This document shows positions 1 through 10,311 of a stretch of DNA of 64,000 bases, one piece after another. Below the pieces are notes generated by a model. It ran no database searches. It was not told the DNA's origin and saw nothing but the letters and a program-made list of their open reading frames with translations. Position numbers and translations under genes: made by a program. The stretch covers positions 1,216,001-1,280,000 of the forward strand of contig OZ219786.1 in assembly GCA_964291285.2 (NCBI GenBank), in the 5' to 3' direction. How positions within the stretch are numbered: position 1 is the stretch's first letter; each line of letters starts with the position of its first letter. Origin of the DNA: Alphaproteobacteria bacterium (GTDB lineage Bacteria > Pseudomonadota > Alphaproteobacteria > Bin95).

Positions 1-1
1 G

Positions 2-196
2 GGCCGCCAGGCGCACGTCACCGGCAAGCTGCGCACCCGGAAGTGGAAGGACCGCGACGGCAACGACCGCCATACCACCGAGATCCTGGTCGGCCCGCGC
101 GGCGCAATCAACTTCCTCGACCCCAGGCCGGAGCGGGCCGACAACCGGCCGCCGGCGCCGCCCCCGGAAGCATACGAGATGGACCTCGCCGCCTGA
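2..196 (+). CDS. ssb: Single-stranded DNA-binding protein, 3' part (mobile-element type; truncated by window edge)
   Basis: Frame 2 reads GRQAHVTGKLRTRKWKDRDGNDRHTTEILVGPRGAINFLD...YEMDLAA*, a typical SSB OB-fold segment. It lacks the DDDIPF tail. Not in the ORF track. Confidence 0.85.
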   Translation, partial: GRQAHVTGKLRTRKWKDRDGNDRHTTEILVGPRGAINFLDPRPERADNRPPAPPPEAYEMDLAA

Positions 197-216
197 GGCA
201 TCGTCATCGCCACTAC

Positions 217-250
217 GCCCCGGGGCCTGCGGGTTCCGGGGCTTTTCCTT
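217..250 (+). terminator. Rho-independent terminator after ssb
   Basis: GCCCCGG...CCGGGGC stem followed by TTTTCCTTT. Confidence 0.65.
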
Positions 251-407
251 TGTACGTTCAGCACGTCGCCCCGACTCCGGTCCGGGGCGTTTATTCTTGT
301 ACCCGGTCCCGCGCCTGTCTTCATTGCGGGGAAATCCGCGCGGGCGCCACCGGGGGCGCCGTCCCGTTTCCCGTCCGCCGCCTTCCTTTCGCATGTCCGT
401 GCGAGGC

Positions 408-854
408 TCAGCGGCGGCGCGCCTTGTCCGCATACCGGCGGGCAAGCTCCGAGCCCCGGGCCTCGCCGAAGGCATCCAGCAGCAGGCGGCGCATCCGCTC
501 TTCATGCCCCATCTCGACCATGTCGGTCATGAGCCGTTCGAGCAGCACGCCGAGCACCGCCGGCAGGTCCGCCATGCCCGCCGGATCGGGCGCGGCCGGA
601 CCCAGCCAGCGTTCCGCGATCCCGGCGACGCGGTCGTGCAGCCGGCGCTGTTCCTCCCGGCCGAGGGCAAGCGACGGCAACGGGCCGGCCCCGTCTTCGG
701 CAGCGTCGAGTTCGACCGTCAGGCCGCACTCGATCACGTAGGGCGAGAGGTTCATGCCGGCCGCGGCCGCGCGCGTGGCGATCTCGTCGCGCTGCAGGTC
801 CGTGCAGGAAAAGGACCGCACGATCTTCTTCACCCCGGAGCGCGGGCGCCTCAC
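408..854 (-). CDS. MobC-like ribbon-helix-helix protein (copy 3)
   Basis: GTG start overlaps the upstream stop (GTGA). Motif SFSCTDLQRDEIATRAAAAGMNLSPYV resembles the MobC/MbeC RHH N-terminus. Confidence 0.6.
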   Translation of the reverse strand: MRRPRSGVKKIVRSFSCTDLQRDEIATRAAAAGMNLSPYVIECGLTVELDAAEDGAGPLPSLALGREEQRRLHDRVAGIAERWLGPAAPDPAGMADLPAVLGVLLERLMTDMVEMGHEERMRRLLLDAFGEARGSELARRYADKARRR

Positions 855-1171
855 GGCGCCTCTCCCGGGTCTTCGGGCGCGAACAGCCGGCAGAGCAACG
901 CAACCGCCTCGAACGCCGCCATGTCCATGCCCGGCAGCGGCGCCAGCATGGTCCGGCTGCAAAGGTCGAGCCGCGCCACCCGGTCGAACAGCTCCCGCTG
1001 TTCCTCCGCCGTCAGCACCAGAGGCTCGCCCGCCCGCCCCCCGGCCTCGCGCTTCAGCGCGCACGCCACCAGGAACGGCGAGACCTTCATGCCCGCGGCC
1101 TTCGCCCGCGCCTGGATGCGCGACCACTGCGCCGGCGTCGGATAGAGGCAGCGCGACTTCGCCTGCTTCAT
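851..1171 (-). CDS. MobC-like ribbon-helix-helix protein (copy 2)
   Basis: GGGGAGG RBS before ATG; CLYPTPAQWSRIQARAKAAGMKVSPFLV. Confidence 0.6.
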   Translation of the reverse strand: MKQAKSRCLYPTPAQWSRIQARAKAAGMKVSPFLVACALKREAGGRAGEPLVLTAEEQRELFDRVARLDLCSRTMLAPLPGMDMAAFEAVALLCRLFAPEDPGEAP

Positions 1172-1196
1172 GACAACCTCCCCCGGTATGGCGCGC

Positions 1197-1535
1197 TCAC
1201 GCCAGTTCCTCCTGCCGGGCGAGCCATGTCTCCACTTCGGCGGCGAGCGCGCCGCGCTCCTCCGAGAGGCGCGCGGCCGCCAGCCTCTCCTCCTCCAGCC
1301 GGCCGAGCAGCAGCACCTCGCGCGCCACCCGCCGCCAGACCGCCGCCGGCAGCCCGCCCGGCCCCCGGTCCGGCGGCGGACCCGGGTCCTCCTCCGCAAG
1401 CCGGTGGACGATGAAGCGCGACACCGGCATGCCCGCTTCGTCCGCCCGCGCCTTCAGCCGGCGCCACTCGCTGTCGGTCAACGTGACCGCGCGCTGGCGC
1501 CGCCGGTCCTCCCTGTCCCTCGTCATGAGCTTCAT
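1197..1535 (-). CDS. MobC-like ribbon-helix-helix protein (copy 1)
   Basis: RAVTLTDSEWRRLKARADEAGMPVSRFIV; start could be 1526. Confidence 0.65.
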   Translation of the reverse strand: MKLMTRDREDRRRQRAVTLTDSEWRRLKARADEAGMPVSRFIVHRLAEEDPGPPPDRGPGGLPAAVWRRVAREVLLLGRLEEERLAAARLSEERGALAAEVETWLARQEELA

Positions 1536-1590
1536 CCTCTCCCGTCATCGCCTGTATGGTCGCGGCCGCGCCGCCGCAGGGGGACAGCCC

Positions 1591-2259
1591 GTGACCGACA
1601 GACCGCCCGAAACCGCCCTCGACCGCCTCAGGGCCGATCTGGCCCGCCGGAACGATCCGCCATCCCCCGCCCCGGCTCCCGAATCCCCTCCGGCCCCGGC
1701 CGCCGCACCGCCGCCGGTGAAGCCGACGCCCGCGAACCGGCCGGCAGCCGGGTCCGGGCAAGCGCCGCCGGCCCGCCGGCAGCCCTTGAGCGTGGACCGG
1801 GCATACCTCCTCCAGGAAACCGCCCGCCGCCGCGAACGCTCCCGGACCCGCATCAGGATCAACCTCACATGGGCGGCGGCCGTCACGCTTGCCATCGCCG
1901 TCCTCGTCACCGGCGCATACGTCTCCCCGACCCGTATGCAGGACGAGCTGTTCAGCCGCGTGTGGCCCTGGCGCGCCCATGTCTGGAACAAGTATGGCGG
2001 CGCCGTCATCTGGTGCATCAACGAGGCGCGCAAGACGAGCAGTTCCTTCACATGCCAGGTCCCGTTCCTCACCGACGGCCCCGACTGTCCCGTGCCCGAC
2101 ACGCAGGACGTCACCGCCGCATACCTCTGTCCGCCCTGGGAGAAATGGCCGACCGACCCCGCGCCGCGCCGCGCTGGAGCGCCGAGGGACCGCCGCTATG
2201 GAGCCGGTGAGGCGCGGGCGCTTCCCGTTTGGCGCCCCGGGCGCCCCCGAATTGCCTAA
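1591..2259 (+). CDS. Hypothetical membrane protein
   Basis: GTG after a G-rich RBS; Pro-rich N-terminus, one hydrophobic helix (LTWAAAVTLAIAVLVTGAYV), Cys-containing C-terminal part. Confidence 0.55.
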   Translation: MTDRPPETALDRLRADLARRNDPPSPAPAPESPPAPAAAPPPVKPTPANRPAAGSGQAPPARRQPLSVDRAYLLQETARRRERSRTRIRINLTWAAAVTLAIAVLVTGAYVSPTRMQDELFSRVWPWRAHVWNKYGGAVIWCINEARKTSSSFTCQVPFLTDGPDCPVPDTQDVTAAYLCPPWEKWPTDPAPRRAGAPRDRRYGAGEARALPVWRPGRPRIA

Positions 2260-2590
2260 CAATCATTCCGTATTTCTAGACAGAATACCCCTGGTAGACA
2301 ATAGGTATCGTCATTTGCCATGATTCGGCGGATCGCCATGCCTATCCTGGATACCTCCATGGACCAAAATGTTCCGGCAGCGATCCACGCGCGTATCCAC
2401 GGATTCTGCAATGCAGTTTCAGTTCCCCGGATTCAACCAACGGGCTCCCGCCACATCCACGATTGCTTCGTATGGCTTTCCGGCAACCCCCTTGACATGT
2501 GCTCCAAGCCCCTGTATCCGTTGCCGTACACGAGAGAAGGACGGCGCTTCCCAAAACATGAAACAATCGTGAAGATTGGTTGCTTCGTGT

Positions 2591-2756
2591 TACACCACCG
2601 TCACCCCCACTACACCACCGTCACCCCGGACTTGATCCGGGGGCCAGCCCTGACCGTTCGCGTCCGCCGCGGCCGGTGGAGGCGGGGCCGGACCGCCTGA
2701 GGCTGCCGGGAGTGTCGGGGATAGGCCCCGGCTCGGGGGCCGGGGCGACGACGGTG
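2591..2756. repeat. REP-like palindromic doublet with local tandem duplication
   Basis: ACCGTCACCCCGGACTTGATCCGGGG at ~2617 with a degenerate inverted partner at ~2724-2756. TACACCACCGTCACCCC occurs at 2591 and 2611. Confidence 0.7.
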
Positions 2757-2814
2757 ATGCAAGTCCGGGGCGACCCCCGCCTTCGCGGGGGCAGGAGATT
2801 TTCGTCGCCCCCGA

Positions 2815-3492
2815 TTACGGCTTCGGGGATGCGGCCGACGGCTTGTTGAGGCAGCGCAGCAATCGCGTGCAGCCGGTGCCCGCGACCGGCGGCGAGCGGT
2901 GCACGATGCCGCTGCCCGGTCCGCCGCAGCTTCCCTTGAAGACCGCCACGTCGTGGACCCGGAGCCGCTCCAGCGGTCCCTTGTACGATTTCTGCTCGCG
3001 CAGCGCCCGCCCGGCGTCGACCGGCCGGACCCACTCGGTGGCGGGGCCGCGGTATGTCGTCAGGAGGCGGGCCTCCACATAGTCGCGGTGGAACTTCCAG
3101 CAGGCATCGTGGCTGACGCGCTCCAGCCGGACATCGACGAGACCGCTTCGGGCGATCCCGGCGAACGCCGAGACGAGACCGCCGATATCCCCGAGCAGCA
3201 GGTCCCGCATGTCTCCCGGAGGCATGCCGCAGTCATCCAGATGCGGTTCCACCGCCCGCCGGAGACCGCCCGGCCGGACGAGAACCCGCAGGTCGGGAAG
3301 ACACGCCGCGTCCAGTCGTTCGAGCCAGGCCTGCAAGCGCCGGGGCAGCGCGCGGCGCCAGATCACGAGCTCCGTGCCGGGATTGGCGATGGCGCCGAGG
3401 CCTTCCGCCGCATCGCACATCCCGATGCCCGCGCCGGACGCGGCCGGCGCGCCGGCGAAACCGCCTTCCGGGGATACCGACGGACCGGTCAC
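2815..3492 (-). CDS. DUF1826 domain protein
   Basis: [33 protein letters not shown]...FKG...IVHRSPP motifs; GTGA coupling to the upstream COG0523 gene. Confidence 0.8.
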   Translation of the reverse strand: MTGPSVSPEGGFAGAPAASGAGIGMCDAAEGLGAIANPGTELVIWRRALPRRLQAWLERLDAACLPDLRVLVRPGGLRRAVEPHLDDCGMPPGDMRDLLLGDIGGLVSAFAGIARSGLVDVRLERVSHDACWKFHRDYVEARLLTTYRGPATEWVRPVDAGRALREQKSYKGPLERLRVHDVAVFKGSCGGPGSGIVHRSPPVAGTGCTRLLRCLNKPSAASPKP

Positions 3493-4718
3493 GACGGCTC
3501 GGCCCGCTTCCAGGCCGGGAACGGGTCCTTCAGCTTTTTCCAGGCCGCGGTCTGCATGGCTTCGGCATCGGCGTCGCCGACGAGGCAGGCGTCGAGGCGG
3601 CGGCGGATCGCGGCCTCGTCCATATCGGTGCCGATGAAGACGATTTCCTGGCGGCGGTCCCCGTAGACGGCGTCCCAGGAGTCGGCGATGTACCGGCGCC
3701 ATTCCCGGTGGTCGGGCCACCGCTCTTTGGGCACATTCGCCCACCAGAAGCCCATGGCCTCATGGCGCACAAGGGCGCCGGCCTGGCTCAGCTCGCCGAC
3801 CCATTCCGGGCGGGTGGCCAGCCAGAAATGCCCTTTGGCGCGAATGACTCCCGGCCAGGAGGAATTGATGAAGGCGTAGAATTTTTCCGGATGGAACGGG
3901 CGGCGCTCCCGGTACACGAAGCTGCGCACGCCGTATTCTTCCGTCTCCGGCTTGTGGTCCGCAAAGCCGTACAGCTCCTTGAACCAGAGGGGATGTTCCT
4001 CGGCCCTGTCGTGGTCGAACCGCCCGGTGTTCAGGATCTTGTCCAGCGGCACGCGCGACATGCTGGTTTCGATGAGGTCCGCATCGGGATTGAGCGAGCG
4101 GATGATCTTGCGCGCGGCGTCGAGCCGTTCGGGAGTCGCGGCGTCGATCTTGTTCAGGACGATGACATCGGCGAACTCGATCTGGTCGACAAGCAGGTTG
4201 ACCAGCGTGCGGGTGTCCTCCTCGCCCAGCGCCTCGCCGCGGTCCTTGAGGAAGTCGGTCGAGGCGTAGTCGCGCAGGAGGTTCGCGGCATCGACCACCG
4301 TCACCATCGTGTCGAGGCGCGAGACGTCCTCCAGGCTCTCGCCCTCTTCCGTCCGGAAGTTGAAGGTGGCCGCCACGGGCAGCGGCTCGGAAATGCCGGT
4401 CGATTCGATGAGGAGGTAGTCGAACCGGCCGTCCTCCGCGAGGCGGCGCACCTCCTTGAGAAGGTCGTCGCGCAAGGTGCAGCAGATGCAGCCGTTGGTC
4501 ATCTCGACAAGCGTTTCTTCCGTGCGGCTCAGATCGGCCCCGCCGTCCCGGATGAGGTCGGCGTCGATGTTGACCTCGCTCATGTCGTTGACGATGACCG
4601 CGACGCGCTTGCCTTCGCGGTTGTTGAGGATGTGGTTCATCAGCGTGGTCTTGCCGGCGCCGAGGAAGCCGGAAAGCACGGTGACGGGCAGGTTCGGTCG
4701 TTCCAGGGTCCGGGTCAT
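3489..4718 (-). CDS. COG0523 zinc metallochaperone GTPase (ZigA/YciC-type)
   Basis: [37 protein letters not shown] motifs; CobW_C domain ending [11 protein letters not shown]. Confidence 0.92.
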   Translation of the reverse strand: MTRTLERPNLPVTVLSGFLGAGKTTLMNHILNNREGKRVAVIVNDMSEVNIDADLIRDGGADLSRTEETLVEMTNGCICCTLRDDLLKEVRRLAEDGRFDYLLIESTGISEPLPVAATFNFRTEEGESLEDVSRLDTMVTVVDAANLLRDYASTDFLKDRGEALGEEDTRTLVNLLVDQIEFADVIVLNKIDAATPERLDAARKIIRSLNPDADLIETSMSRVPLDKILNTGRFDHDRAEEHPLWFKELYGFADHKPETEEYGVRSFVYRERRPFHPEKFYAFINSSWPGVIRAKGHFWLATRPEWVGELSQAGALVRHEAMGFWWANVPKERWPDHREWRRYIADSWDAVYGDRRQEIVFIGTDMDEAAIRRRLDACLVGDADAEAMQTAAWKKLKDPFPAWKRAEPS

Positions 4719-4834
4719 GGCAGGTCTTCAGAGCGTGATTACGGGAAGTCGGGGGCGTCAGGTGCGGGCGCCGCGTAAAGCCGGGGAAAGCAGCCGGCCT
4801 CGCGCCGGAAGCACGGGAGGCGTCTTACCGTCCC

Positions 4835-5338
4835 TCAAAGCTGCGTCGGGTTCGGCGCATCGCCATAGACGGCCCCGGGATCGAAGGATTTCCGCGACTC
4901 CGTGAACACAAGCCGGGCGGGTCCGCCGGGAGGGCCGCCGAGCTCGACCGAGCGATAGAAGCAGGAACGGTATCCGACGTGGCAACTGGCGCCCGAACCG
5001 GCGACCCGGACGCGCAGCCAGACGGCGTCCTGGTCGTCGTCGATGCGCATCTCGGCAACCTCCTGGACGAGGCCGCTGGTCGCGCCCTTGCGCCAGAGGC
5101 ACCGGCGGCTTCGGCTCCAGTAGTGCGCCTCGCCGGTCGCGATCGTTCGTTGCAGAGCCTCGCCGTTCATGTAGCCCAGCATCAACGCTTCGCCCGTGTC
5201 GGCGTCGGTCGTGATGCAGGGGATCAGCCCGTCGGCGTCGAATCTGGGCGCGAGCGCGAGGCCTTCCTCGACCTGCTCGACGGTCGTGCGGGACGCGAAG
5301 GGGGCGGCTGCTGCCGGAACGGACCTGTCGGACGCCAT
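4835..5338 (-). CDS. hisI: Phosphoribosyl-AMP cyclohydrolase, Zur-regulated paralog type
   Basis: [16 protein letters not shown] and [10 protein letters not shown]; DDDQD replaces the canonical DCDxD. Confidence 0.9.
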   Translation of the reverse strand: MASDRSVPAAAAPFASRTTVEQVEEGLALAPRFDADGLIPCITTDADTGEALMLGYMNGEALQRTIATGEAHYWSRSRRCLWRKGATSGLVQEVAEMRIDDDQDAVWLRVRVAGSGASCHVGYRSCFYRSVELGGPPGGPARLVFTESRKSFDPGAVYGDAPNPTQL

Positions 5339-5403
5339 TGTCGAACTCTCTCCTGCGGCCGCGCCCGGCGTTCGGGAGCACTTGGCTGTTGTCATCGGGA
5401 GCG

Positions 5404-5421
5404 GCAACGTTATAACATTGC
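5404..5421. promoter_or_regulatory. Zur box between divergent hisI and zur operons
   Basis: Near-perfect palindrome GCAACGTTATAACATTGC matching the proteobacterial Zur core (AATGTTATAACATT). Confidence 0.85.
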
Positions 5422-5449
5422 GCATCCTGACGCAAGAAGGGACAAGGCC

Positions 5450-5956
5450 ATGGCGCCCCGGCCGGTCGAACCCCAGCCCTGTACCGATTCCGACTGCCGC
5501 GGACAGCATGCGCCGGCCGAGCGGGTTGCGCTGGCGGTGTCCCTCTGCAGCGCGCGCGGGGTGCGGCTTACGAAGCTGCGGCGCCAGGTGCTGGAACTGC
5601 TCTGGGAGAGCGGCCGCCCGACGGGCGCCTATGAACTGATCGCAGCCCTCAGGCTTCGGGGCTCCCGCCCGGTCGGGCCGCCCACCGTCTACCGGGCGCT
5701 TGAGTTCCTGATGTCCCAGGGGCTCGTCTCGAAGATCGAAAGCCGGAATGCCTACGTCCCCTGCGCGCATCCGGAGCGCCGGCATGATTGCCTGTTCTTC
5801 ATCTGCAACGACTGCGGGGCGGCAGCCGAACTGGAGGATTTGCGGATCGAGCGGCTGCTTGCCGAGAATGCCGCCGCCCTCGGGTACCGCGTGACGCGGC
5901 GCGTGGTCGAGGTGGAGGGCACCTGCGCGAGTTGCATCGCGGCCGGCGCGGCCTGA
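5450..5956 (+). CDS. zur: Fur-family zinc uptake regulator
   Basis: [36 protein letters not shown] and EVEGTCASC Cys pairs. Confidence 0.88.
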   Translation: MAPRPVEPQPCTDSDCRGQHAPAERVALAVSLCSARGVRLTKLRRQVLELLWESGRPTGAYELIAALRLRGSRPVGPPTVYRALEFLMSQGLVSKIESRNAYVPCAHPERRHDCLFFICNDCGAAAELEDLRIERLLAENAAALGYRVTRRVVEVEGTCASCIAAGAA

Positions 5957-5976
5957 GCGGGAAAGAGGGGCGCACC

Positions 5977-7122
5977 GTGGAAAGCCGGACTCCCGATGGA
6001 TCGCCGCGGCGTCTGCCGGTCTCGGTGCTGACCGGCTTCCTTGGCAGCGGCAAGACAACCGTGCTCAACCATCTGATCCGGCAACCCGCACTGAGACGGA
6101 CACTCGTGCTCATCAACGAATTCGGCGAGATCGGCCTCGACCACGACCTCGTGACGCACAGCAAGGATGACGTCATCATCGAGATGTCGAGCGGCTGTCT
6201 CTGCTGCACCATCCGGGGCGACCTTGCCAGGACCTTGCGCGAGGCCCCCGGGCGCTTTGCGCGCGGGGGCGAGCTATGGTTCGACCGGGTGGTCATCGAG
6301 ACCACCGGGCTCGCGGACCCGGCCCCGATCCTTCATACCCTGATGACCGAACCGGCCGTCGCGCGGCGTTACCGCCTGGACGGGGTCATCTCCACAGTCG
6401 ATGCGGTCAACGGCGGCGGCACGCTCGACCGCCAGATCGAGCCGGTCAAGCAGGCGGCAGTGGCCGACCGCCTGCTGATCACGAAAACCGATCTCGTCGG
6501 ACCCGATGCCCTGCGCAGATTGCAGGACCGTCTGCGGGGCCTGAATCCCGCCGCCCCGCAGATCATCGCGGAGAACGGTGCTGTCGATCCGGCACTGCTG
6601 TTCGATGCCGGTCTGTACGACCCGAAGACCAAGAGCCCCGACGTGCAGAACTGGCTCAAGGCGGAAGCCTATGCCGGGCCGCACGATCATGAACGCGGAG
6701 CGGCCGGTCACGGCCGCGCCTGCGGACTCAACGACAGCAATCGCCATGACGCCCGCATCAGGGCGGTCTGCCTCACAATCGATGAGCCCGTCCACAGCGG
6801 CGCTCTCGATCTCTGGCTCGAATCGCTGTTCGCGTTCCGGGGCGCGGACCTTCTGCGCATCAAGGGAATCGTCAATGTGGCCGATCTCGATGGACCGGTC
6901 GTCATTCACGGCGTCCAGCACACCTTCCATCCGGCGGTCATGCTCAAGGAGTGGCCGGGCGAAGACCGTCGCTCCCGGATCGTCTTCATCACCCGCGGCA
7001 TCGACGAGGCCGTCCTGCGCGGCACGCTGAGGGTGTTCGACGCCGCCGGGGCCCGGCCGCCGGATCTCCTTCCGGTCGACGCCGGCGACAGCGGCCCCGC
7101 CATGTCCGAGGTGCGGGAATGA
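5977..7122 (+). CDS. COG0523/CobW-family GTPase (second paralog)
   Basis: [34 protein letters not shown]; CobW_C with HGVQH. Confidence 0.92.
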   Translation: MESRTPDGSPRRLPVSVLTGFLGSGKTTVLNHLIRQPALRRTLVLINEFGEIGLDHDLVTHSKDDVIIEMSSGCLCCTIRGDLARTLREAPGRFARGGELWFDRVVIETTGLADPAPILHTLMTEPAVARRYRLDGVISTVDAVNGGGTLDRQIEPVKQAAVADRLLITKTDLVGPDALRRLQDRLRGLNPAAPQIIAENGAVDPALLFDAGLYDPKTKSPDVQNWLKAEAYAGPHDHERGAAGHGRACGLNDSNRHDARIRAVCLTIDEPVHSGALDLWLESLFAFRGADLLRIKGIVNVADLDGPVVIHGVQHTFHPAVMLKEWPGEDRRSRIVFITRGIDEAVLRGTLRVFDAAGARPPDLLPVDAGDSGPAMSEVRE

Positions 7123-8501
7123 CGCTGCGCCTCGTCAACACGCTCACCCGGGCGAAAGAGCCTTTCTCTCCGGCGAGCCCCGACCGCGTCACGATGTATG
7201 TCTGCGGGCCGACCGTCTACAACTTCGCCCATATCGGCAATGCCCGCCCGGCGGTCGTGTTCGACGTTCTCTACCGCCTGCTGAAGCGGCGCTTCGGGGG
7301 TGTCGTCTACGCGCGCAACTTCACGGATGTCGACGACAAGATCAACGCCGCTGCGAAGGAGGCCGGCCAGCCGATCGCTGCCGTCACGGAACGCTATATC
7401 GAGGCCTACCATGCCGACATGGCCGCGCTCGGGGTCCTGACGCCGGATCTTGAACCGCGCGTGACGGAGCACATTCCCGAGATCATCGGCATGGCGGAAC
7501 GGTTGATCGCGCGGGGTCATGCCTATGCGGTCGAGGGGCATGTCCTGTTCCACGTGCCCTCCTATCCGGCTTACGGAACTCTGTCCGGCCGCAATCGCGA
7601 TGAGATGATTGCCGGGGCCAGGGTCGAGGTCGCGCCCTACAAGCGGGACCCGGCGGACTTCGTCCTCTGGAAGCCCTCGACACCGGACCTGCCGGGCTGG
7701 GATAGCCCGTGGGGCCGCGGGCGGCCCGGCTGGCATATCGAATGTTCGGCCATGATCGAGCGGCGCCTCGGTGCAACGATCGATATCCATGGGGGCGGCC
7801 AGGACCTGATCTTTCCGCACCATGAGAACGAGATCGCCCAGGGCACCTGCGCCCATGACGGAGAGCTCTACTGCCGCTATTGGGTCCATAACGGCTTCGT
7901 CACCGTCGAGGGGCGGAAGATGTCGAAGTCGCTCGGCAACGTGCTTCTCGTCCGCGATCTCCTCAGGCAAGCGCCGGGCGAGGCCATCCGCTTCGCGCTT
8001 CTGGGCACGCACTATCGCCAGCCGCTCGACTGGAGTGCGGACGGGCTCGCTCAGGCGAAGCGCAGTCTCGATCGTCTCTATGGCACGCTTCGCAATCTCG
8101 GCGATGCTCCCGATGTTGCCTGTCCGCCCGGCCTGCTCGATGCGTTCGAGGCGGCCCTTGAGGACGATCTGAACTTCCCGGGAGCAACCTCTGAACTCTT
8201 CCGGATAGCGAAGGCGGCGCGCCAGGCGGCGACCGCCGCGGACCGCGCCGCCTGCAAGGCGGCCTTGCGCACCGCCGGCGGCCTGCTGGGCCTGTTGCAG
8301 GAGGAGCCGGCAGCCTGGTTCGGACAGACCGCGGGAGAAGACGAAAGCACGGCACGGGTCCGGCGTCTGGTTGAGGCGCGGGCGGCCGCCCGGTCGGCAC
8401 GGGACTACGCCACTGCGGACCGCATCCGCGCCGAACTCGCGTCGCTTGGCATCGCCGTCGAGGACCGCGCCGACGGTTCGGCCTGGCGGAGGACCGGTTA
8501 G
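7119..8501 (+). CDS. cysS: Cysteine--tRNA ligase (likely Zur-regulated paralog)
   Basis: [37 protein letters not shown]; ATGA coupling. Confidence 0.95.
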   Translation: MTLRLVNTLTRAKEPFSPASPDRVTMYVCGPTVYNFAHIGNARPAVVFDVLYRLLKRRFGGVVYARNFTDVDDKINAAAKEAGQPIAAVTERYIEAYHADMAALGVLTPDLEPRVTEHIPEIIGMAERLIARGHAYAVEGHVLFHVPSYPAYGTLSGRNRDEMIAGARVEVAPYKRDPADFVLWKPSTPDLPGWDSPWGRGRPGWHIECSAMIERRLGATIDIHGGGQDLIFPHHENEIAQGTCAHDGELYCRYWVHNGFVTVEGRKMSKSLGNVLLVRDLLRQAPGEAIRFALLGTHYRQPLDWSADGLAQAKRSLDRLYGTLRNLGDAPDVACPPGLLDAFEAALEDDLNFPGATSELFRIAKAARQAATAADRAACKAALRTAGGLLGLLQEEPAAWFGQTAGEDESTARVRRLVEARAAARSARDYATADRIRAELASLGIAVEDRADGSAWRRTG

Positions 8502-8975
8502 ATGGGGGTCCCTCTGCAAGCGGGGCCCGCGCCGGCGGAAACTGTGGCGGATGTCCAGCAATCCATCGTGGACAGCTTCCGGTATCTCGAAAATTGGACG
8601 GAGCGCTACCAGTATCTGGTCGAACTGGGGCGCCGGCTGCCGCCATTCCCGGAGGCGAAGCGGATCGAGGCCAACAGGCTGCAGGGCTGTCAGGCCGGAG
8701 TCTGGTTCATCGCCGAGTACCGCAACGGCAGGCTCGATTTCAAGGCGACAAGCGACTCTGCCATCGTGGCCGGGCTCATCGCCCTGCTGCTCAAGGTCTA
8801 TTCGGGGCGTCAGCCCGATCAGGTCCTGGCGGCCTCGCCGGCATTCATCGACGAGATCGGTCTCGCCGATCACCTTTCGCCGCATCGGGCCAACGGTCTC
8901 TCGCTCATGCTCGCGCGCATCCGCATGTTCGCCATGGCTTATGCCCCGGACAACCCTGCCGGGGGAGGCGCATGA
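8502..8975 (+). CDS. sufE: SufE-family sulfur acceptor protein
   Basis: [38 protein letters not shown]. Confidence 0.9.
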   Translation: MGVPLQAGPAPAETVADVQQSIVDSFRYLENWTERYQYLVELGRRLPPFPEAKRIEANRLQGCQAGVWFIAEYRNGRLDFKATSDSAIVAGLIALLLKVYSGRQPDQVLAASPAFIDEIGLADHLSPHRANGLSLMLARIRMFAMAYAPDNPAGGGA

Positions 8976-9448
8976 CGGATCGCAAGCTGTACCACGAACG
9001 GATCCTGCAGCTTGCCGCATCGATACCCCGGGTCGGCCGGCTGGCGGCTCCCGACGCGTCGGCAACCGCGCACAGCCGGCTTTGCGGCAGCCGGATCACC
9101 GTCGATCTCAAACTCGATGGCGATGTCATCACCGACTACGCCCACGAGATCAGGGCCTGTGCCATCGGGAAAGCGGTCGCCTCCGTCGTCGCCAGGGTCG
9201 TTGTCGGTCTGACCGTCGACGAGGTGGACGAGGGCGCAGGGATTCTGGGCGCCATTCTCCGGGACAAGACGCACCCGCCGCCGGGACCCTGGGCCGAACT
9301 CGAACCGTTCCTGCCGGTGGCGGACTTCCGCAGCCGCCATGGCTCGGCGTCGCTTCCCTTCCAGGCGCTGCAGCGCGCAATTGCGGAGGCAGGCCCCCGG
9401 CAGCAGCGGTCTGCCGCGGTCAGCTCCGGGCAGGAGGTACGGACATGA
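8972..9448 (+). CDS. IscU/NifU-N-like Fe-S scaffold family protein
   Basis: [26 protein letters not shown] pattern typical of alphaproteobacterial IscU-like proteins. Confidence 0.85.
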   Translation: MTDRKLYHERILQLAASIPRVGRLAAPDASATAHSRLCGSRITVDLKLDGDVITDYAHEIRACAIGKAVASVVARVVVGLTVDEVDEGAGILGAILRDKTHPPPGPWAELEPFLPVADFRSRHGSASLPFQALQRAIAEAGPRQQRSAAVSSGQEVRT

Positions 9449-9702
9449 CCAGACTCCCCTCCCTGGGCCTGATCCTGCTCATCCGCATCTATCAGTATCT
9501 GTTGTCGCCGCTGCTTGGCTCCAACTGCCGCTTCACGCCGAGCTGCTCGGCCTATGCCATCGAAGCCTTGCGGCGGCACGGCCTCGTCCGTGGCGGCTGG
9601 TTGACGGTCGGCCGCCTGTTGCGCTGCCACCCCTGGCATCCGGGCGGCCCGGACCCGGTGCCGCCTGCGAAGGCGCGGCGAGGGGGAGCGGCGTTTCGAT
9701 GA
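9445..9702 (+). CDS. yidD: Membrane protein insertion efficiency factor
   Basis: YQYLLSP...[17 protein letters not shown]...[15 protein letters not shown]. Confidence 0.92.
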   Translation: MTRLPSLGLILLIRIYQYLLSPLLGSNCRFTPSCSAYAIEALRRHGLVRGGWLTVGRLLRCHPWHPGGPDPVPPAKARRGGAAFR

Positions 9703-10262
9703 TCCGCAGAAATCCGCGCGGCGACATGCCGGTCGTCCATGAGAGCGCGTTCGTCGACCCCACCGCCATTCTCTGCGGCCGCGTGATCGTAAACGGGAAT
9801 GTCTTCATCGGACCCTATGCGGTGATCCGTGCCGACGAGGTCGACGCAGAAGGCCATATGGAGGCCATCGTCATCGGTGCGCACTCGAACATTCAGGATG
9901 GCGTGGTCATCCACTCCAAGTCCGGCGCGGCAGTCACCATCGGCGAGCGGACTTCGATCGCGCATCGCGCGATTGTCCACGGCCCCTGCACGGTGGGCGA
10001 CGGTGTTTTCATCGGCTTCAACAGCGTGCTCTTCAACTGCGCTGTGGGTGAAGGCTGTGTCGTGGAGCACAACGCGGTGGTCGATGGCCGCGACCTGCCG
10101 CCCGGTTTCCTCGTCCCCTCGACACAGCGCATCGGACCCCGCACCGATCTCGCCGCCATCCCGAAGGTCACGGCCGACGCCTCCGAGTTCTCGGAGGATG
10201 TCGTGCGCACCAACAACTCTCTCGTCCAGGGATACAAGCGCCTTGAGGGGGAGTTCCGATGA
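9699..10262 (+). CDS. Gamma-class carbonic anhydrase (Cam-like)
   Basis: Hexapeptide repeats; NIQDGVVIH and [12 protein letters not shown] His ligands. Confidence 0.88.
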   Translation: MIRRNPRGDMPVVHESAFVDPTAILCGRVIVNGNVFIGPYAVIRADEVDAEGHMEAIVIGAHSNIQDGVVIHSKSGAAVTIGERTSIAHRAIVHGPCTVGDGVFIGFNSVLFNCAVGEGCVVEHNAVVDGRDLPPGFLVPSTQRIGPRTDLAAIPKVTADASEFSEDVVRTNNSLVQGYKRLEGEFR

Positions 10263-10311
10263 TCCGGGTCGCGCTGCCTGACGGCGCCCGCCTTACCAGA
10301 GCGCGCGGGTA

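Noticed and set aside
2260-2590. Low-GC stretch with short ORFs (2320-2700, 2342-2566)
   Set aside because: No recognisable protein or RBS; more likely an element boundary or decayed sequence.
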